A stretch of DNA of 63,439 bases, the filler included, from Choristocarpus tenellus KU-1152 (lineage: Eukaryota > Protista > Phaeophyceae), in assembly GCA_964200185.2 (NCBI GenBank). It is 8 parts of 8 records of this genome, joined end to end, with 100 filler letters (N's around TTAATTAATTAA, not from the genome) between each part and the next. Parts side by side here need not be neighbours in the genome. Positions count along the whole stretch, not along the records: positions 28,699 to 40,672 come from CAXNAD020002040.1; positions 40,773 to 48,759 come from CAXNAD020005301.1; positions 48,860 to 53,558 come from CAXNAD020013416.1; 5 more parts are not named here. One strand, given 5' to 3'. A program made the position numbers and the translations under genes. The notes beneath the pieces were generated by a model that was not told the origin of the DNA, searched no databases, and saw nothing but the letters and a program-made list of their open reading frames with translations. Shown one piece after another: positions 39,514 through 52,374 of the stretch (position 1 is the first letter of the stretch; every line of letters begins with the position of its first letter).

Positions 39514-39773
39514 GAGTGAAAGTAACTTAGAGGGTACAAGTTCTGCACTGTTTGTCCGTTTGGGGCTTGACTTCTCATGGGGTTTTTAATGACATTTTCC
39601 TACTCTGAAATGTTTTGGAGTAGGTAAAATGTGTATGTTATGAAAAGGTGTGTCCATAACAAGGATAACGACGCTTGCTAACGAAGACGATAGCCAAAAT
39701 TACATCAAAACTGCAACTTATGGGTTTTGACCCCCATTTGGACACGGTTGTACCCTCTAAGATACTTTGACTC
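39514..39773. mobile_element. MITE family B, ~20 nt upstream of an ABCC splice acceptor
   Basis: GAGTGAAAGTAACTTAGAGGGTA...TACCCTCTAAGATACTTTGACTC. Confidence 0.88.
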
Positions 39774-40610
39774 TAAGTAAATGCAAATGTGTAGGTGATG
39801 ACCAGGCCACCAGATGCACTCCACATTTGTCCTTGCCACATTCATCCACCACCTCCTCCCTACTATGATAAACCTTTGAGCTAAGAGATATCTACACCAC
39901 CTGAGCTTGGACCTGCCCCCCCTCCCCACCATCCCACCCACCTTGAGAAATCGAGATGGTGGATGAATGAGAAAAGACGAATCACACTACTTAAGCTTGC
40001 TGTCCATTTCCTGTACCTCCTCATCCAATATTCAACAACGACCTACTCCAGGACCTCTCAAACCCACCAATCCCATAAATACTCTTCCTTTTCATACATT
40101 TCCTTCAATCCACAATCCACTCATTCAATCGACATATCCATTTTTAACCTTTCCCCCCAGTTATGTTTAAATTTCCTTTCCCCCCTGTCCTCTTCCACAA
40201 CCCAGAATTCCAGGCAATTTACCAATCACCACGTGCGATTTTCTCCCATCCACAAAACTCAGAATACTTCATAATCTTACACTTTTGGGAGTGCCTGGGT
40301 TCGAACCATTGTTGCAGAAGTTAGATTTTCTTTGCATAAAATTTGACTTCGATAGACCAAGTGACAAGTGGATTGGAAAGATACAACTGCTCCTTACAAA
40401 AATGATCTAAACCACAAAGATCTGGTTCTTGGTGGGGAAGATTCATTCCGGAAGGAGGGGGTATGTACCAGATTCGAGGGGGGAGGCAGAGCGATGAGAG
40501 GTGGGACGACTGAAACCAACGTGGGAGATTGAAATCAAGGTATGCACGGGCCAGTGCAATTAGTTGTAGTGCAACATTTAGTTAGCAGGGTAGAAGAAAT
40601 CGCGCAGTGT

Positions 40611-40672
40611 GGCTCAAATTATCTGGGAGGGGGTGGCGGCTGTCCATTTGGGGTCAATTTTTTCATGTCGCG
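40611..40672. mobile_element. MITE family A, truncated at contig end
   Basis: GGCTCAAATTATCTGGG..TGTCCATTTGGGGTCAATTTTTTCATGTCGCG. Confidence 0.8.
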
Positions 40673-40772
40673 NNNNNNNNNNNNNNNNNNNNNNNNNNNN
40701 NNNNNNNNNNNNNNNNTTAATTAATTAANNNNNNNNNNNNNNNNNNNNNNNNNNNNNNNNNNNNNNNNNNNN
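40673..40772. other. Artificial contig linker
   Basis: N44-TTAATTAATTAA-N44. Confidence 0.98.
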
Positions 40773-41063
40773 CAATTCAACACAATAATCTCATATACAC
40801 AAAATGAGGTACACCTCACTATTGTCCTATTTTGCACAGTAACAAGCGAGCAGTACTCGGGTTTGAAATGATCTAACCCTAACCCTAAGTTTTTAATGAG
40901 CACTAGAACATATTCCCGGCGAGAGATTTCAAGCAGGGTTATGATTGTAATGTTCTGAAGCACAGGTTTCTTGAGTTCGGAGAAGTGCTAAACCTAGTGT
41001 CAGCTTTTGCTCCTTCTAAAGTTGTCGTTCCAGTGGTTACGATCAAAGCCACTCAAGGTGCAG

Positions 41064-41068
<5 letters not shown>

Positions 41069-41101
<33 letters not shown>
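41069..41101. repeat. (GA)n microsatellite
   Basis: Directly visible. Confidence 0.9.
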
Positions 41102-41104
<3 letters not shown>

Positions 41105-44100
41105 TCGTACTGCCGGGAGCTAGTTCTATATGACTGACTGCAAACTGGTGATGGGTTCGTGGACTCCCTTCTGGAATTTTCATTTTTCTCCTACAATCTC
41201 AATGTTGTTTGTTGGCATCTATTAACTAGGTCGATTCCTTGCAATACTGTGAACCTCTATGGAAAGGGTGTGGGGACATGGCGTGATCCCAACATTCAAG
41301 CCTTTCGGTCAAATGAGCCACTGCTGCATCTGAAGGCTGTGCTACGGAAGTGGGAGGAGGCCCGCGGACAAGACCTCCAGGGCGCCATGCCCCACATAAA
41401 GACATACGCTCGCTACTGGACGGAGAGTTATGATGGTGAGATGGCATAGAAACTCTCGAGTAGTTCGATGAAGAGAGCTTAGGGTGACCCTAACGATACG
41501 CATCAAGTTGTGCTGGGGCATTGCAATGTTAGTCACGTCACAGGTTGCTGTGACCCACACAACCTTTAACTCCGCCTTGCTTTTTTTTTTGGTACCCGTG
41601 TCATCTCTTCATTGGAAACCCCTACCTTGAAAATGTGCTCAAGAGGACAAGCTTGGAGGGATGCGGTGGTTTATGCTAACCTCGGCAAATTTGAGCCAGT
41701 CTGCCTGGGGAAAGCTCCAAAAGGTAGGCATTAAGCTAACAGCACGACTGATGGGCTCCTTCAACTCTCGCTACCAATAAAATGCATGGGAGAGTGGGGC
41801 TTGAAAGGCAGAGGGAAGAGAGGGATTTTGATAGGAAATGTGTTCCATAGATCTGGGTTCCCAAGGAAATCTGGGAGGAATCAAATTGTATTATGAATAT
41901 ATTCTTATTTTTTGCGATGATGCCCGAGGTTCAAATCCCATACCTCTCCATCTTTTTCTCACGGTGGAGGGGAATCATTGTCGACTACTGTAGTAGAGTT
42001 CTAATTGGTCAGCGTTCAATTGGAACCTCCAAAAATATTGCAGTCAGGAGTTGATACTAGATAAGTCTGTCCTTCTAGGAGACTTTTGTTGTGGGGGGGA
42101 GGGAGTTATCTAAATGATCCTCATCTTCCTTCATAGTATCATTCAAGGTTTCTCACTCTTGATGTGTTTCCCGGAGTTCATTGAGCCTTGATTACCAATG
42201 ATGCCTTTTGTTTCAGTGCATGCAGGCGTGTTGTTTGTGTGTGTGCTGAGTGCAGTAGGCTCACGGTTCAGACATGTGGCAACTCTCATTATGGGCGTAG
42301 AAGGATGGTTGCACCCAGATTGAATGGCACATTTTCCTCCTGTATGCCTTTCTCAGGGGAACACCCAGCTGTGTGTGAGGTCATTTGAGTTGGGGGTGAT
42401 ATTCCTTCCAAGTCTCCTCAGGAAGGTAACCCCAGCGTCCACTGAAAAGGCGTTTTCGTGTACGCCGAGCGTTCCTTTGACATATTTCTGCCCTGCTGAA
42501 AGCGGAACTGATGATGCTATGTCTCTGCCGTTGGACCTGTTACCCCTTCCGTACCGCCTTCCAGGTAGGAAAACTTGATGAGAAGCAAGTCGGGGATCAG
42601 AGTTTCACTGAGTTTAGGGGTTGAATGACTCCATCGCTTGGAACCCAAAAAATATTATTCAAGAGCCTACAGTGATATTGTGGGAAATAATTTTATTAAA
42701 AATGTCTGATGTGCAATGGTGCTCATTTGTAGTATTTGTGCCCCAGCATGCCTCCCAATGCACTCTCTTCACACTCAATACATGCACACATTTCTCATCA
42801 GTTGTCAGCCTTTTGACTCCCATGATCTACAACTATGTATCGAATGACATACCTCCTTGCAGCACCTAACTACAACTTTGCTGAGGGAGGCACGCCAAAG
42901 GAGAGGCCCTGGGTATGGGACAGGAGTTTCCCAGGCCAGGACATTTATGGATTGGAATGTCACAATGGTTGACTGGGTGAGGGGGCCTGAGAGGATGTGT
43001 AAGCTTTGGGAAATTGCGGCTGCTCTCCCCTGCTGCTAGCAGTCAATAGCATGCATGTGGCGACCACTCCTGAAGGAGGCAGCAGAGATTGTGACAGGTG
43101 CACGAGATGAGGGGCATTTCTAGGCCCTAGGAATACGAGCCAGGCTTGCTGGAGGCATGCAGGGCCTCTTGAGACGTAGGGTTTATTTCCTCTTAATCCA
43201 ATTGGGTGTCTTTGGGTTGGTATTAATTGGAAGGGGATGTCTAGAAGTGCCGTTCACGCTTACTTGGTTGAAAACCCATTGCAGTCCAAGGCTACAGATC
43301 GAGCTGGTCTTTGGCTAGAGAAAAGGTGGTGTCTGGGGGGGAGAAGTGTTGAAGCTGTTTTCTTGCACGTAGACCGGGGAAACACTTTTGTCATCACTGA
43401 AGTGGAAGGAAGTTGGAGTGGATATTTGTTGATGTATCATGTCCTTAGGGGGGTTTTGTACTTCAGACTGAACTTGCGATAGCCGTTTTTGTAGTGTTAG
43501 GCCAATGGTGGTAACCTCTTTCGGATTGATACATAGCATTCCTCGTGTTTTGCTCACGCTTGGTCCCAGGTGTTGAGTGTACAGCATGATTAGTTCAGCT
43601 TGCTACTGTGTATTGCTGAGGCTTACTGGTCTGCATGTGCAAAAGCACCACATCGAAAGCTGTAGCATATTCCATGCGTGGAGCATGACTTCCTTCAATT
43701 TATCATCACCATGACTCAACGCTTGCTTTGAAAGGGGTTACAAGTAAATGGTCAGAGAAGGGTGACCTGTGCCGGTGGGGGCACCCTGTGTGGTCGCATG
43801 GTCACACTTCAGTTGACACTGAAGTCAGTACAGAGTAGGAAAGGCATGCTGTGCGCTTTTGGATCCTGTACCCTGTACCATACGCAGGGCACTATACACA
43901 GTAACATATCCTTGTGGCCCAGTAGCAAAGGCAGTGACTACCTGCATTAATTCTGTGGGTTTGAGCCCCCTTCGAGGACAGACTTTTTTTCACGGAAATA
44001 TGGTTTTGGTGATCCTATTCCACATGACCAGCCCAACAGACTGTACACCTGTGCTATCCTATCCTCTCTGTAATTGTACCACATAATGCTGGACCAAGAT

Positions 44101-46548
44101 CATGGTTTGAAACTCTGGAGTGGGTCCAGCACAAGATTCAAGCCGAAGAGGGAGTTGGTTGGAGTGATTAGTGTTGAGAGGGCTGAACCCGACGTGTGAG
44201 AAGTAAGGCATGGACGGAGGTATTACTGTTGGTTGTAGTGCAACAGTTAGTAGTTAGTATGAGAAGTGGTGCAGTGTGTAGTGTGTCTGACTAAGGGTTG
44301 GGATCATCATCCCTGCCTAATATGATGCAAAAAATGAATGAATAACTTCTGGTACGGGGGGCATTCATTGTGAACAGTTACGGACTACTACTAGTGCAAT
44401 GGCTTTAAGATGGAGGGTTGTGGTCAGGCACACACTGCTCACACTTAGATGCACATTGCTGTGTTTGAGAATCAAGGGGCAGATGGTAGTTGTGCATCCA
44501 TGGAACAAGTTGCGATGTGGGTGAAGGGGTGCTGTGTGTCTGCCCATTGCACTATAGGGTTTACTCTATGCGACAGAGGCCTCAGCTTTGTAGTGAGGGA
44601 TAGGCTAAGGAGGAAATGTTAGGGCGACTACTGCATGTGCTTCAGTTTCATTCCTTATGCACTTACACCCACCCAGGTTTCAAGTGTGGGAAGAGCGGCC
44701 TTTGAGTGAGATGGTCTGAACTTACAAAATTTATCATTGCCACTGAATTAACCAAGGTTGTTTTCCTTGTTCCTCCTGTGTTAGGCAGTTCTGGTTGGTA
44801 TGAAGTGCTCATGTTGGAATGCTGGAGAGTGCCTGGAATAGTTGAAGGTTACACTTGAAAGGTAATAGCCTTGGACTACACCAGGTGGTAAGCCAACTGT
44901 AATGTGGTGTTGAAAGAGATACAGTACCCCCTTTAGCACCTGTAACCCTACCGCTGCAGGTCTACTTGGCACATCCCATGGGGTAGACAGTATAGAGTTT
45001 TGAATGAGATAAGCCGTGTGCCCTGGTAAGAGGGTGGCGTCAAAGAGTGTCAGTGGTGCATCCAGTGTGTCTTCATAGTCCTGTACTCATAAATCGCCCC
45101 AATCTTTAATCTGTTATCCTGTTTTTTACCCTCGTTTTACATACTTTAAAGTACTAGATGACACTAAGTTGTCAAAAACATTTTTGGGGCATAACGAATG
45201 CGATAATCATAGCTGCCAAGACTTTGTCGTTGCTCAACTTGAGACTGGACCAGATGCACACAAGCCTAATGTTTGTTGATGAAAGAATATAGTAACAAGT
45301 TGGACTCTTGGTGTAGGGATCTTGAAAGTTAGAGATTTGATTGTCACTGGGCGGTGGTCTAAGCCTCTAAAGCAAAAGGGCAGTGCCACTAATACTGTCC
45401 TGTTCTACCGATTCTTATCAACCCCACTCCCCTGCCTAAGATCAGTCCCAATACAATTGGAGATATTCCAGTTTTGCTGATGATCTTGTTAAGATGTATT
45501 GGAGTTCGTTTTTTGGCCATCTCAGGAACATATTTATGGAGACATGTAGTCCGAAGAAACACTCTCCCAGTCCTATGTTACCACTAGAGCTCTATTAACT
45601 TGAACTGAGACAGGCAAGAGTCTAGGTCAAGAAGGGGTTAGTGGAGAGCCATTTACGTTGTACTAGTGATACCATCAAGGACTGTATCATACATCAGGCG
45701 ACCAGATCTGGATATGGAGAAAAGCCGTAACTGTAAGCAGCATTTGCTGATGCTCCACCTCACGTAGTACCACCATTGGTCAGTCACTGGACTTCAGAGT
45801 GTGAAAGGTCTGAATGGGAGATTGCATAACTAAATGATGCAAACAAAAGAGTTTAATGAACCTGTCAACGGGAAAATAGCACATTGACTCGAAAGTATTT
45901 CAGAGAGCACTTTGATGCAATGAGATGCTATCACAAGTGCTACAACAACCGGAAACCATTCCTGGAGCGTGTTTGTGTGATAGGTAAACTATTTGACCCC
46001 TGTTCATACAAGGACATGAAAAACAGCACATAATGCCTTGGGATTGAGTGGAGTTGTCAGGAGTAGATGCACCATTGCCCCCTCTTTCTTACAAGTTGAA
46101 TCTCTAGGAAGACCACCAATTAAGTGAGTATTTTGCCCATTACCCACTCGATAAAGCTGCCAAGATGGCATTGTGAGCATTTACTATGCTATCATCTGGC
46201 TACAGCAGATGGGAGTTCTAACTACGAATGATATTGACACAGTATTATCAGACTCTACTAATAAACATTGCAGGTGGCATTACTTGGGTAGTCTGTTCTG
46301 TGCCACTGTGCTTTACAGGTTGCAATTCAGGCACTAAGTACATACACAACCAGAGGTGCACTACACAACAACAAAACAAGCAAAAAAAAGAAAATCTTAA
46401 CAGGACAACATAATATTCTACAACGCACATACTTATTTTCAAGTGGCAAAACTGATAATATATTCTTGTAAAGGTACCCCCACCCCCCCTCCGCCAACTA
46501 CTAATAACTACAATTGTTACCATTTCTCATGAAGAAGGGGGTATCCAT

Positions 46549-48669
46549 TCAACACTGCTTCACTGGAGGGTCTGGTTCATTTTGAAGGCTGTTACTTTCA
46601 GCAGAAGTCTTCTTGTCAAGTTCGTTGAAGGCGGCCCTATGCCCTGCCTTCCATCCACGGACCACTAGTCGTCCACCAGCCTCCCTCCATGGTGCCTTGC
46701 CACTCAACAACTTTGATTGTCCCTCAAGGCTCGATGTGCTTGGTGACAAGGTGGACTCTGGCCTCAAGCTGTGTCCGAACTTCAGGTTCACTTCAGGGAA
46801 GTGCCTGTTGCGGCAACTTGATATCATGTCATTGCTATCCCCAAAGCTGGGATTGCCCTCAATACGTTGAGCAGCTGGAGAGGATGTACGCAATGTGCAA
46901 ACGGGCACTGTCGATGACATTCCCACTTCCGATGGACGTGTTGTACTCAAGATGTCCATCACACCAACATCCACTCCCTCTTCAGTCCTGAGGTCAGGTT
47001 GAGGACAGCCTTCAGTACCTTTTTCGACTAGGGTGGCATCAAGGCCTGTCGCCCCTTTGTCTGCTAGAGCAGTCATACACCACGGCACATTTTTTTTCGG
47101 ATTTTGTGGTATGCCATAATCCTTGCCTCCCATCGACATCATCAATAGATTCCCACTCTCTACACTGTGCCCCAATTTGACCCCAGCAGACATTGCCGCT
47201 GTTGATCCGAAAGATGTTGACCCAACTTCCCGGCTGGAGCTATTCCTCTCCAAGCAGGTTACATCAGGGGATTGTAAGGGAGCACAAGCACCTGACTCCA
47301 TTTTAATCTCATGTGTGAACTCCGTACTATTCCCTGCAGCCAAGATAGATTCCGCCTGTTCACACCTTTTCTTCCACTCCTCTGCTGCCGTACTCACCTC
47401 CTTTAAAGTAGCCTGTGCCTTCTTCAGTGCGGCTTCCATATCCTTCTCCTTTTGCCTTGCTGCCTTGTGCACAAGCTCCTTTAGTGAAGCCTCTTTCAGC
47501 TCCTCTGCAAGTCTAGACGCCTCTATCTCCACTGCGATTCTCTTCTTCTCCTGCACAGACAAGGTCGCCCTCAGTGCAGCCACCTCAAGTTCCGCATTCT
47601 TCTGTAGTTGGATTGCCTCCTTTTTTGCCTGCTCTGAATGGACCATCTCTTCCCTAAGGTTTTTCTCGATGCCTACCTCTGCTGCACTCCGTGACACCCT
47701 CTCTCTCTCAGCCATTGCCCGGAGAGCTGACACTTGATACTTGGCCTCCTGTAACCTCTCCTTCTTGACCTTCAAGGCATCCTCAAGCTCAGCCACTTTT
47801 TCCTGGAGGATATCCCTCTGCTCAGTCATCTCGTGGGCCTGAGTAGCCTCTGCGCTTAAAACTCTCTCTAATCTGGCAACCTCCTTCCTGAGGTCTCTTT
47901 CTATGATTGCCGCAGCTGACTCTGATGCCTTCTTTCTTCTGTGTTGATCTGCCTGCTCTTGCCTCAACCTCTCTTCCCAGTCAGCATTGCTTGTGCTTGC
48001 AGCTACCGCCACCTTTGCTGCTTCCTCACCTGCACGGGCAAGTGACTCCCCCAGTTCCTCGACCTGTAAAGCATTTGATGCCTTGTCCCTCACCAGTTGG
48101 CGAATATTTGCAGAAAACGCCTCTACAGTATCCTTCAGCTCATCCTGCCCAGCCTGCAGCTTTGCCTCCAGCTCCACCACTTTCTCTTTCAGTGTAGCCA
48201 CCTCCTGCACCCCCTCCGCCAGTGCACAAGCCCGAGCAGCAGCTTCACGCTCAACGGCTTGCCGATCTGCATCTTTCAGACTTGCCCTCCCTTCCCTCCT
48301 TACCTCCTCCAGCTCGCCCTCAAGGCGTTCACGCTCTCTCTCAGCACAGGACAAGGCTTCCAGCACATGAGCAACATCTTTATCTACTTGGTGTGCCTCT
48401 GCCCTTGCCGTGGACAGCTCCCCCTCCACACGCATTCGATCGGTTTCTGATGCCTGCAGTAAGCGAGTCAACTTTGCCACATCCTCCAAGGCTTGCTTCA
48501 GACCCTTGCCGACCTCCTCAAGTCTTGCATCTGCAGCCTTCATCCCTTCCCTTGCCTCCACCGAGCTCTGCTCGGTCTCCTTAAGCAGATCACGTGCCAT
48601 GGTAGCAGCTAGTTGCGCTCCCTGCAAGTCAGCCTTCGCTTGATTCAAAGTCTCTTCAAGTTTCAGAAT
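46549..48669 (-). CDS. Terminal exon of a long coiled-coil protein with a disordered C-terminal tail
   Basis: 707 open codons from acceptor TTTCCCAACAG| (48669) to TGA; E/A/K/L/R-rich heptad-like composition over the first ~430 aa. Confidence 0.85.
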   Translation of the reverse strand: MLKLEETLNQAKADLQGAQLAATMARDLLKETEQSSVEAREGMKAADARLEEVGKGLKQALEDVAKLTRLLQASETDRMRVEGELSTARAEAHQVDKDVAHVLEALSCAERERERLEGELEEVRREGRASLKDADRQAVEREAAARACALAEGVQEVATLKEKVVELEAKLQAGQDELKDTVEAFSANIRQLVRDKASNALQVEELGESLARAGEEAAKVAVAASTSNADWEERLRQEQADQHRRKKASESAAAIIERDLRKEVARLERVLSAEATQAHEMTEQRDILQEKVAELEDALKVKKERLQEAKYQVSALRAMAERERVSRSAAEVGIEKNLREEMVHSEQAKKEAIQLQKNAELEVAALRATLSVQEKKRIAVEIEASRLAEELKEASLKELVHKAARQKEKDMEAALKKAQATLKEVSTAAEEWKKRCEQAESILAAGNSTEFTHEIKMESGACAPLQSPDVTCLERNSSSREVGSTSFGSTAAMSAGVKLGHSVESGNLLMMSMGGKDYGIPQNPKKNVPWCMTALADKGATGLDATLVEKGTEGCPQPDLRTEEGVDVGVMDILSTTRPSEVGMSSTVPVCTLRTSSPAAQRIEGNPSFGDSNDMISSCRNRHFPEVNLKFGHSLRPESTLSPSTSSLEGQSKLLSGKAPWREAGGRLVVRGWKAGHRAAFNELDKKTSAESNSLQNEPDPPVKQC

Positions 48670-48759
48670 CTGTTGGGAAAGTTGTCAACAATTTCAGGGG
48701 GGGGGGGGAAGGTCGTGAGTCCGGGGTTGGGGGGAAGGAGCACTTCATTTAGCTTTGCC

Positions 48760-48859
48760 NNNNNNNNNNNNNNNNNNNNNNNNNNNNNNNNNNNNNNNNN
48801 NNNTTAATTAATTAANNNNNNNNNNNNNNNNNNNNNNNNNNNNNNNNNNNNNNNNNNNN
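48760..48859. other. Artificial contig linker
   Basis: N44-TTAATTAATTAA-N44. Confidence 0.98.
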
Positions 48860-48886
48860 GTTGCAAAATTAACGCTTGACACCTAC

Positions 48887-50818
48887 CTCTCGATGGTCTG
48901 ACAGCTCCTTATCGATGGACTCGAGGATGGTGGAGTCGTTCGTGGGTTTTACACCAGGCGCACCGTGCCGCTTCTCTTTTAACGTGACACATATGTCACA
49001 TTTCATAAACTCGCCTCCTACCCTGATGTTGGGACTGTCCTCTCTGAGCAATCGGAGGAAGTGCGCCCTGCTTACCCACTTGGAAGGGTCGTCAGGATAC
49101 ACCCGTATTGCCTCTTTGCAAAAATCCTTGTATAGCTCCTAATTTAAAATGTTGGTTGCGTAGGCAAGTGAGGAGTTATTGAGAAGGAACACTCGAAGAA
49201 TACCCCTGCAAGGTCTCTCGAAGGCGGACTGACCAATAACTTGACTGAGAACGCGGAAGACAGGATCAAGCAAGCTTTCATCCTGCCTTACAAAAGAGCA
49301 AATACAATGATCTTCGTAAATCTGCCATGAGCGTCATTCCGTTCGGGCCTCGCTGCCGTTTGCAGAAGCAGAAAAGGAGGCGAATCTACCATCATCATCA
49401 TCATCATCGTGAAGCGCTTTAGACATACGAAGTACACACTTTTCCTACCAATGTCAGACCGGGCTCGGGGCCGCAGAGTAGGTGTACACGTTGTTGAAAT
49501 AACAGTTATTGTGTCTTCCTTCGTAAAATCGACGAAGGATATCATCATGAACATTATAATCTCGACATAGCAAACGAAAAAAATAGCACTTCGTACGAAT
49601 TTTGACATGTTCTTTTAACCATAATATCAGTGATTAGTCAAAGTAATGAACATCCACGACTCGAAGTACTACTTAGATCCACCTTTTCAACGTACGGCCA
49701 GGTCACACGGTTTGCATCTAACTCCAACACAGGGTGCGGCCAACCTCTCCACAACCAAGGGCAAAACCGACTGTTTGTTCGCGGCGTAGATCACAATTGT
49801 GGACTTGTGAGGCATGAACTTCCCGTATGTATCAGCCCAGTAGTCTATCCAGGACATCACCAGGTCTCGCTTCGGAGCCATGTCCTTATCTTTCTTCGTG
49901 CCGTTCCTGTTATAGTAGCGCACGTATGTATATACATTGATGGGAGATGTGTTGGAGGTGGATACGAGGGACGGGGGATGGAATCCTAGAGGGATCGTAT
50001 GCCAGCAGCGGATCTATAATTCTGTGCATATTTACGCGTGGTAACTGCTGCAGCAGCACGGGGATGGTAGGATGAGATGATATTGTTCAAGCATTAAAAA
50101 ACATATCATGCGTGTATATACATATATAGGTAAGTCATTACTCCACGCTGGAGGGATCTCTAGCTTTGTATATCAGACATCTAGGCATGGGAACTGCAAA
50201 GTGAATGTGGTGAGTACGGTCGGATCACATTGTTCTCAGATAGGATTACTGTTCAATCATCAAGCAGGGTTGAAAATATACCGGGTACAAGTAACACTGT
50301 GTACATACATCAAACCCACCTCTCCACGCCAGTGGGTGCTCTTGCGTTAGGTGTGCCTTTGCAAGCGTCGATGACATGATTGGATATCCCGAACGATGCC
50401 TTGAAAAACTGCGTGCAGACGGGAATGCCGGCCGCGAGCATTGATCCACCTCCAGGTCCCAACTTAATCACAGGTACACGGTCGCAAACGAAGTGCTTGC
50501 GATCGCGGCGGTTCTCACACGCCCGGATGATGTCCTGCTCTTTGGCCAAGGTGCGTGCAAGGAAGGACTCGCCATCTGCCGCGAACTTCTTCACACAGGC
50601 TAAGCGCTTGCAGCAATCATCCTGTTCGTTGACCGGGATGGGTTCAGCCCATCCTCGGCGAAGCTTAGCGCCGGTCGCTGAAGCGTCCTTGGTAGGAAGC
50701 TCCAGCGCATCATTGTTGGCGGGCTGGTGAGGGGGCAACTCGGCGGGAGACGTAGGCAACAAAAACCACCCCCTTGCTGTGGAAGCAACTGTCATGGTGG
50801 TTTCGGGCAACAGGCGGT
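48887..50818 (-). CDS. Spliced Sola-type (Sola2-like) DNA transposase, N-terminal half; catalytic domain expected beyond the contig end
   Basis: Exons 50818-50320, 49906-49768 and 49138-48887 splice in frame without stops. Motifs: CC..LAC; VCTQFFKASFGIS; W......GKFMPH; LYKDF..SRAHFLRL; FMKCDICVTL..H. Confidence 0.7.
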
Positions 50819-50869
50819 CTTGGGCAGTGAGAAGGTGTAGGAGTTATTAGATTCAAAGACGAGCATACG

Positions 50870-51570
50870 AACTTTGTTTGAGCCTCGGACGATCGGTGAG
50901 ACAGCCCTGAGATCCATGATCCTGAAAATCCGTGCGGTACACTTTTCGGAAGTTGTAAATCAGATTCTATCCGTGAATTATAATTTTAAAAAATCCAATT
51001 ATATCCGTGATTTGTATTTTTTTAGATACTAATCTCATACTTCATTCATATTGTACATTTCCAATGTTCCGAAATCAACTTTGTTTGAGCCTCAGACGAT
51101 CGGTGGGACCACCCTGAGATCCATGATCCTAAAAATCCGTGCGTTACACTTTTTGGAAGTTGTAGATAAGATTATATCCGTACTTACAATTTTTTTAAGA
51201 TACCAATCACACACTTAATTCATATTGTACATTTTACCAACTTTGTTTGAGCCTTGAGCGATCAGTGGGACCACCCTGAGATCCATGATCCTGAACATCC
51301 GTGCGTTACACTCTGTGGAAGTTGTAGATAAGATTACATCCGAACTTACAACTTTTTTTAGATAAAAATTCACATACTTAATTCATATTGTACATTTCCA
51401 ATGTTCCCAAACCAACTTTGTTTGAGCCTCGGGCGATCGGTGGGACCACCCTGAGTTCCATGATCCTGAAAATCCGTGTATTACGTTGTTAGGAAGTTGT
51501 AAATCCGATTATATCCGTACTTAAAAATTACTTAAAATACAAAGCATATATTTCATTGATCTTGTATGTT
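50870..51570. repeat. Tandem array, four units of 162-207 bp
   Basis: AACTTTGTTTGAGCCT..GATC(G/A)GTG(G/A)GAC..CCCTGAG(A/T)TCCATGATCCT..ATCCGTG starts at 50870, 51077, 51239 and 51414. Confidence 0.93.
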
Positions 51571-51639
51571 TCCAATGTTTAGTAACCAAAGCGTCAAAAA
51601 TACAACTAGCACCCTCAAGGGTTTTGAAGTATAAAATCT

Positions 51640-52140
51640 TACCAAATTGGACACTTGGATTCTGGTAAATAGTAGAGGCGACAAAAAGTGGTTCTTTGAG
51701 TAAAACAGATCCGATCTGATCCGTTTTACTCGTGAACACCCTAAACACGTGCATTAGGATTATTGGAAATAGTAAATCCAGTAATAACCGTTCTTACAAT
51801 TTTTGAAAATACCAAGGACGCACTTTATGGGTCTCACACGTTACTAATGTTCAGAAACTAAAAGGACACTTCCAACTGGTACCCACAATTTATTTAAATA
51901 CTAAATCCGCTTCTTGGCGACTTTAGTATTCTTAGAAATAGTAGAGACGACAAAAAAGAGGATCTATGGTATTAAAGATCCGATCTGATCCCGTTTACCG
52001 TTGAACACCCAAAACACGTGCGTTAGGGTTTTTATGAAATTATAATGATATTCTAATCTTTACATCAACAAATATAATTACAAACCACATCCTTCATTGA
52101 TCCAATACGTTTGAAATGTTCGAAACGAAAAGGTCACAAA
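51640..52140. repeat. Diverged two-copy direct repeat, period ~270 bp
   Basis: AAATAGTAGAG.CGACAAAAA..GATCCGATCTGATCC..GAACACCC.AAACACGTGC.TTAGG at ~51667 and ~51936. Confidence 0.85.
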
Positions 52141-52374
52141 AAAACTGATACTCTCTGTCCCATTTGAATATGAAATCGTATGCTGTTTGATATTCGAATT
52201 TTTTATAACACAATTATCAACGGAAAGACAAATCTGAGTTTTGAGGACCAACCGACCAGATGAAAGAAAACAGCACCTCCCAGCCCTCAGTTTTCATTTC
52301 AATTCATTCCCTTCCGTACATACCATGCGGACCTCTTCCTTATCCATCCCCATCACACCCTCCCAATCTTCGCC

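Noticed and set aside
41915-41955. tRNA-like B box GGTTCAAATCCC (also GGTTCGAACC at ~40298)
   Set aside because: No A box or cloverleaf; at most SINE debris, not tRNA genes
42880-45500. Possible LINE remnants (also ~31570-32200 and ~61040-61300)
   Set aside because: Too degraded to assign any motif with confidence
46613-48643. Several plus-strand ORFs
   Set aside because: Antisense shadows of the coiled-coil exon
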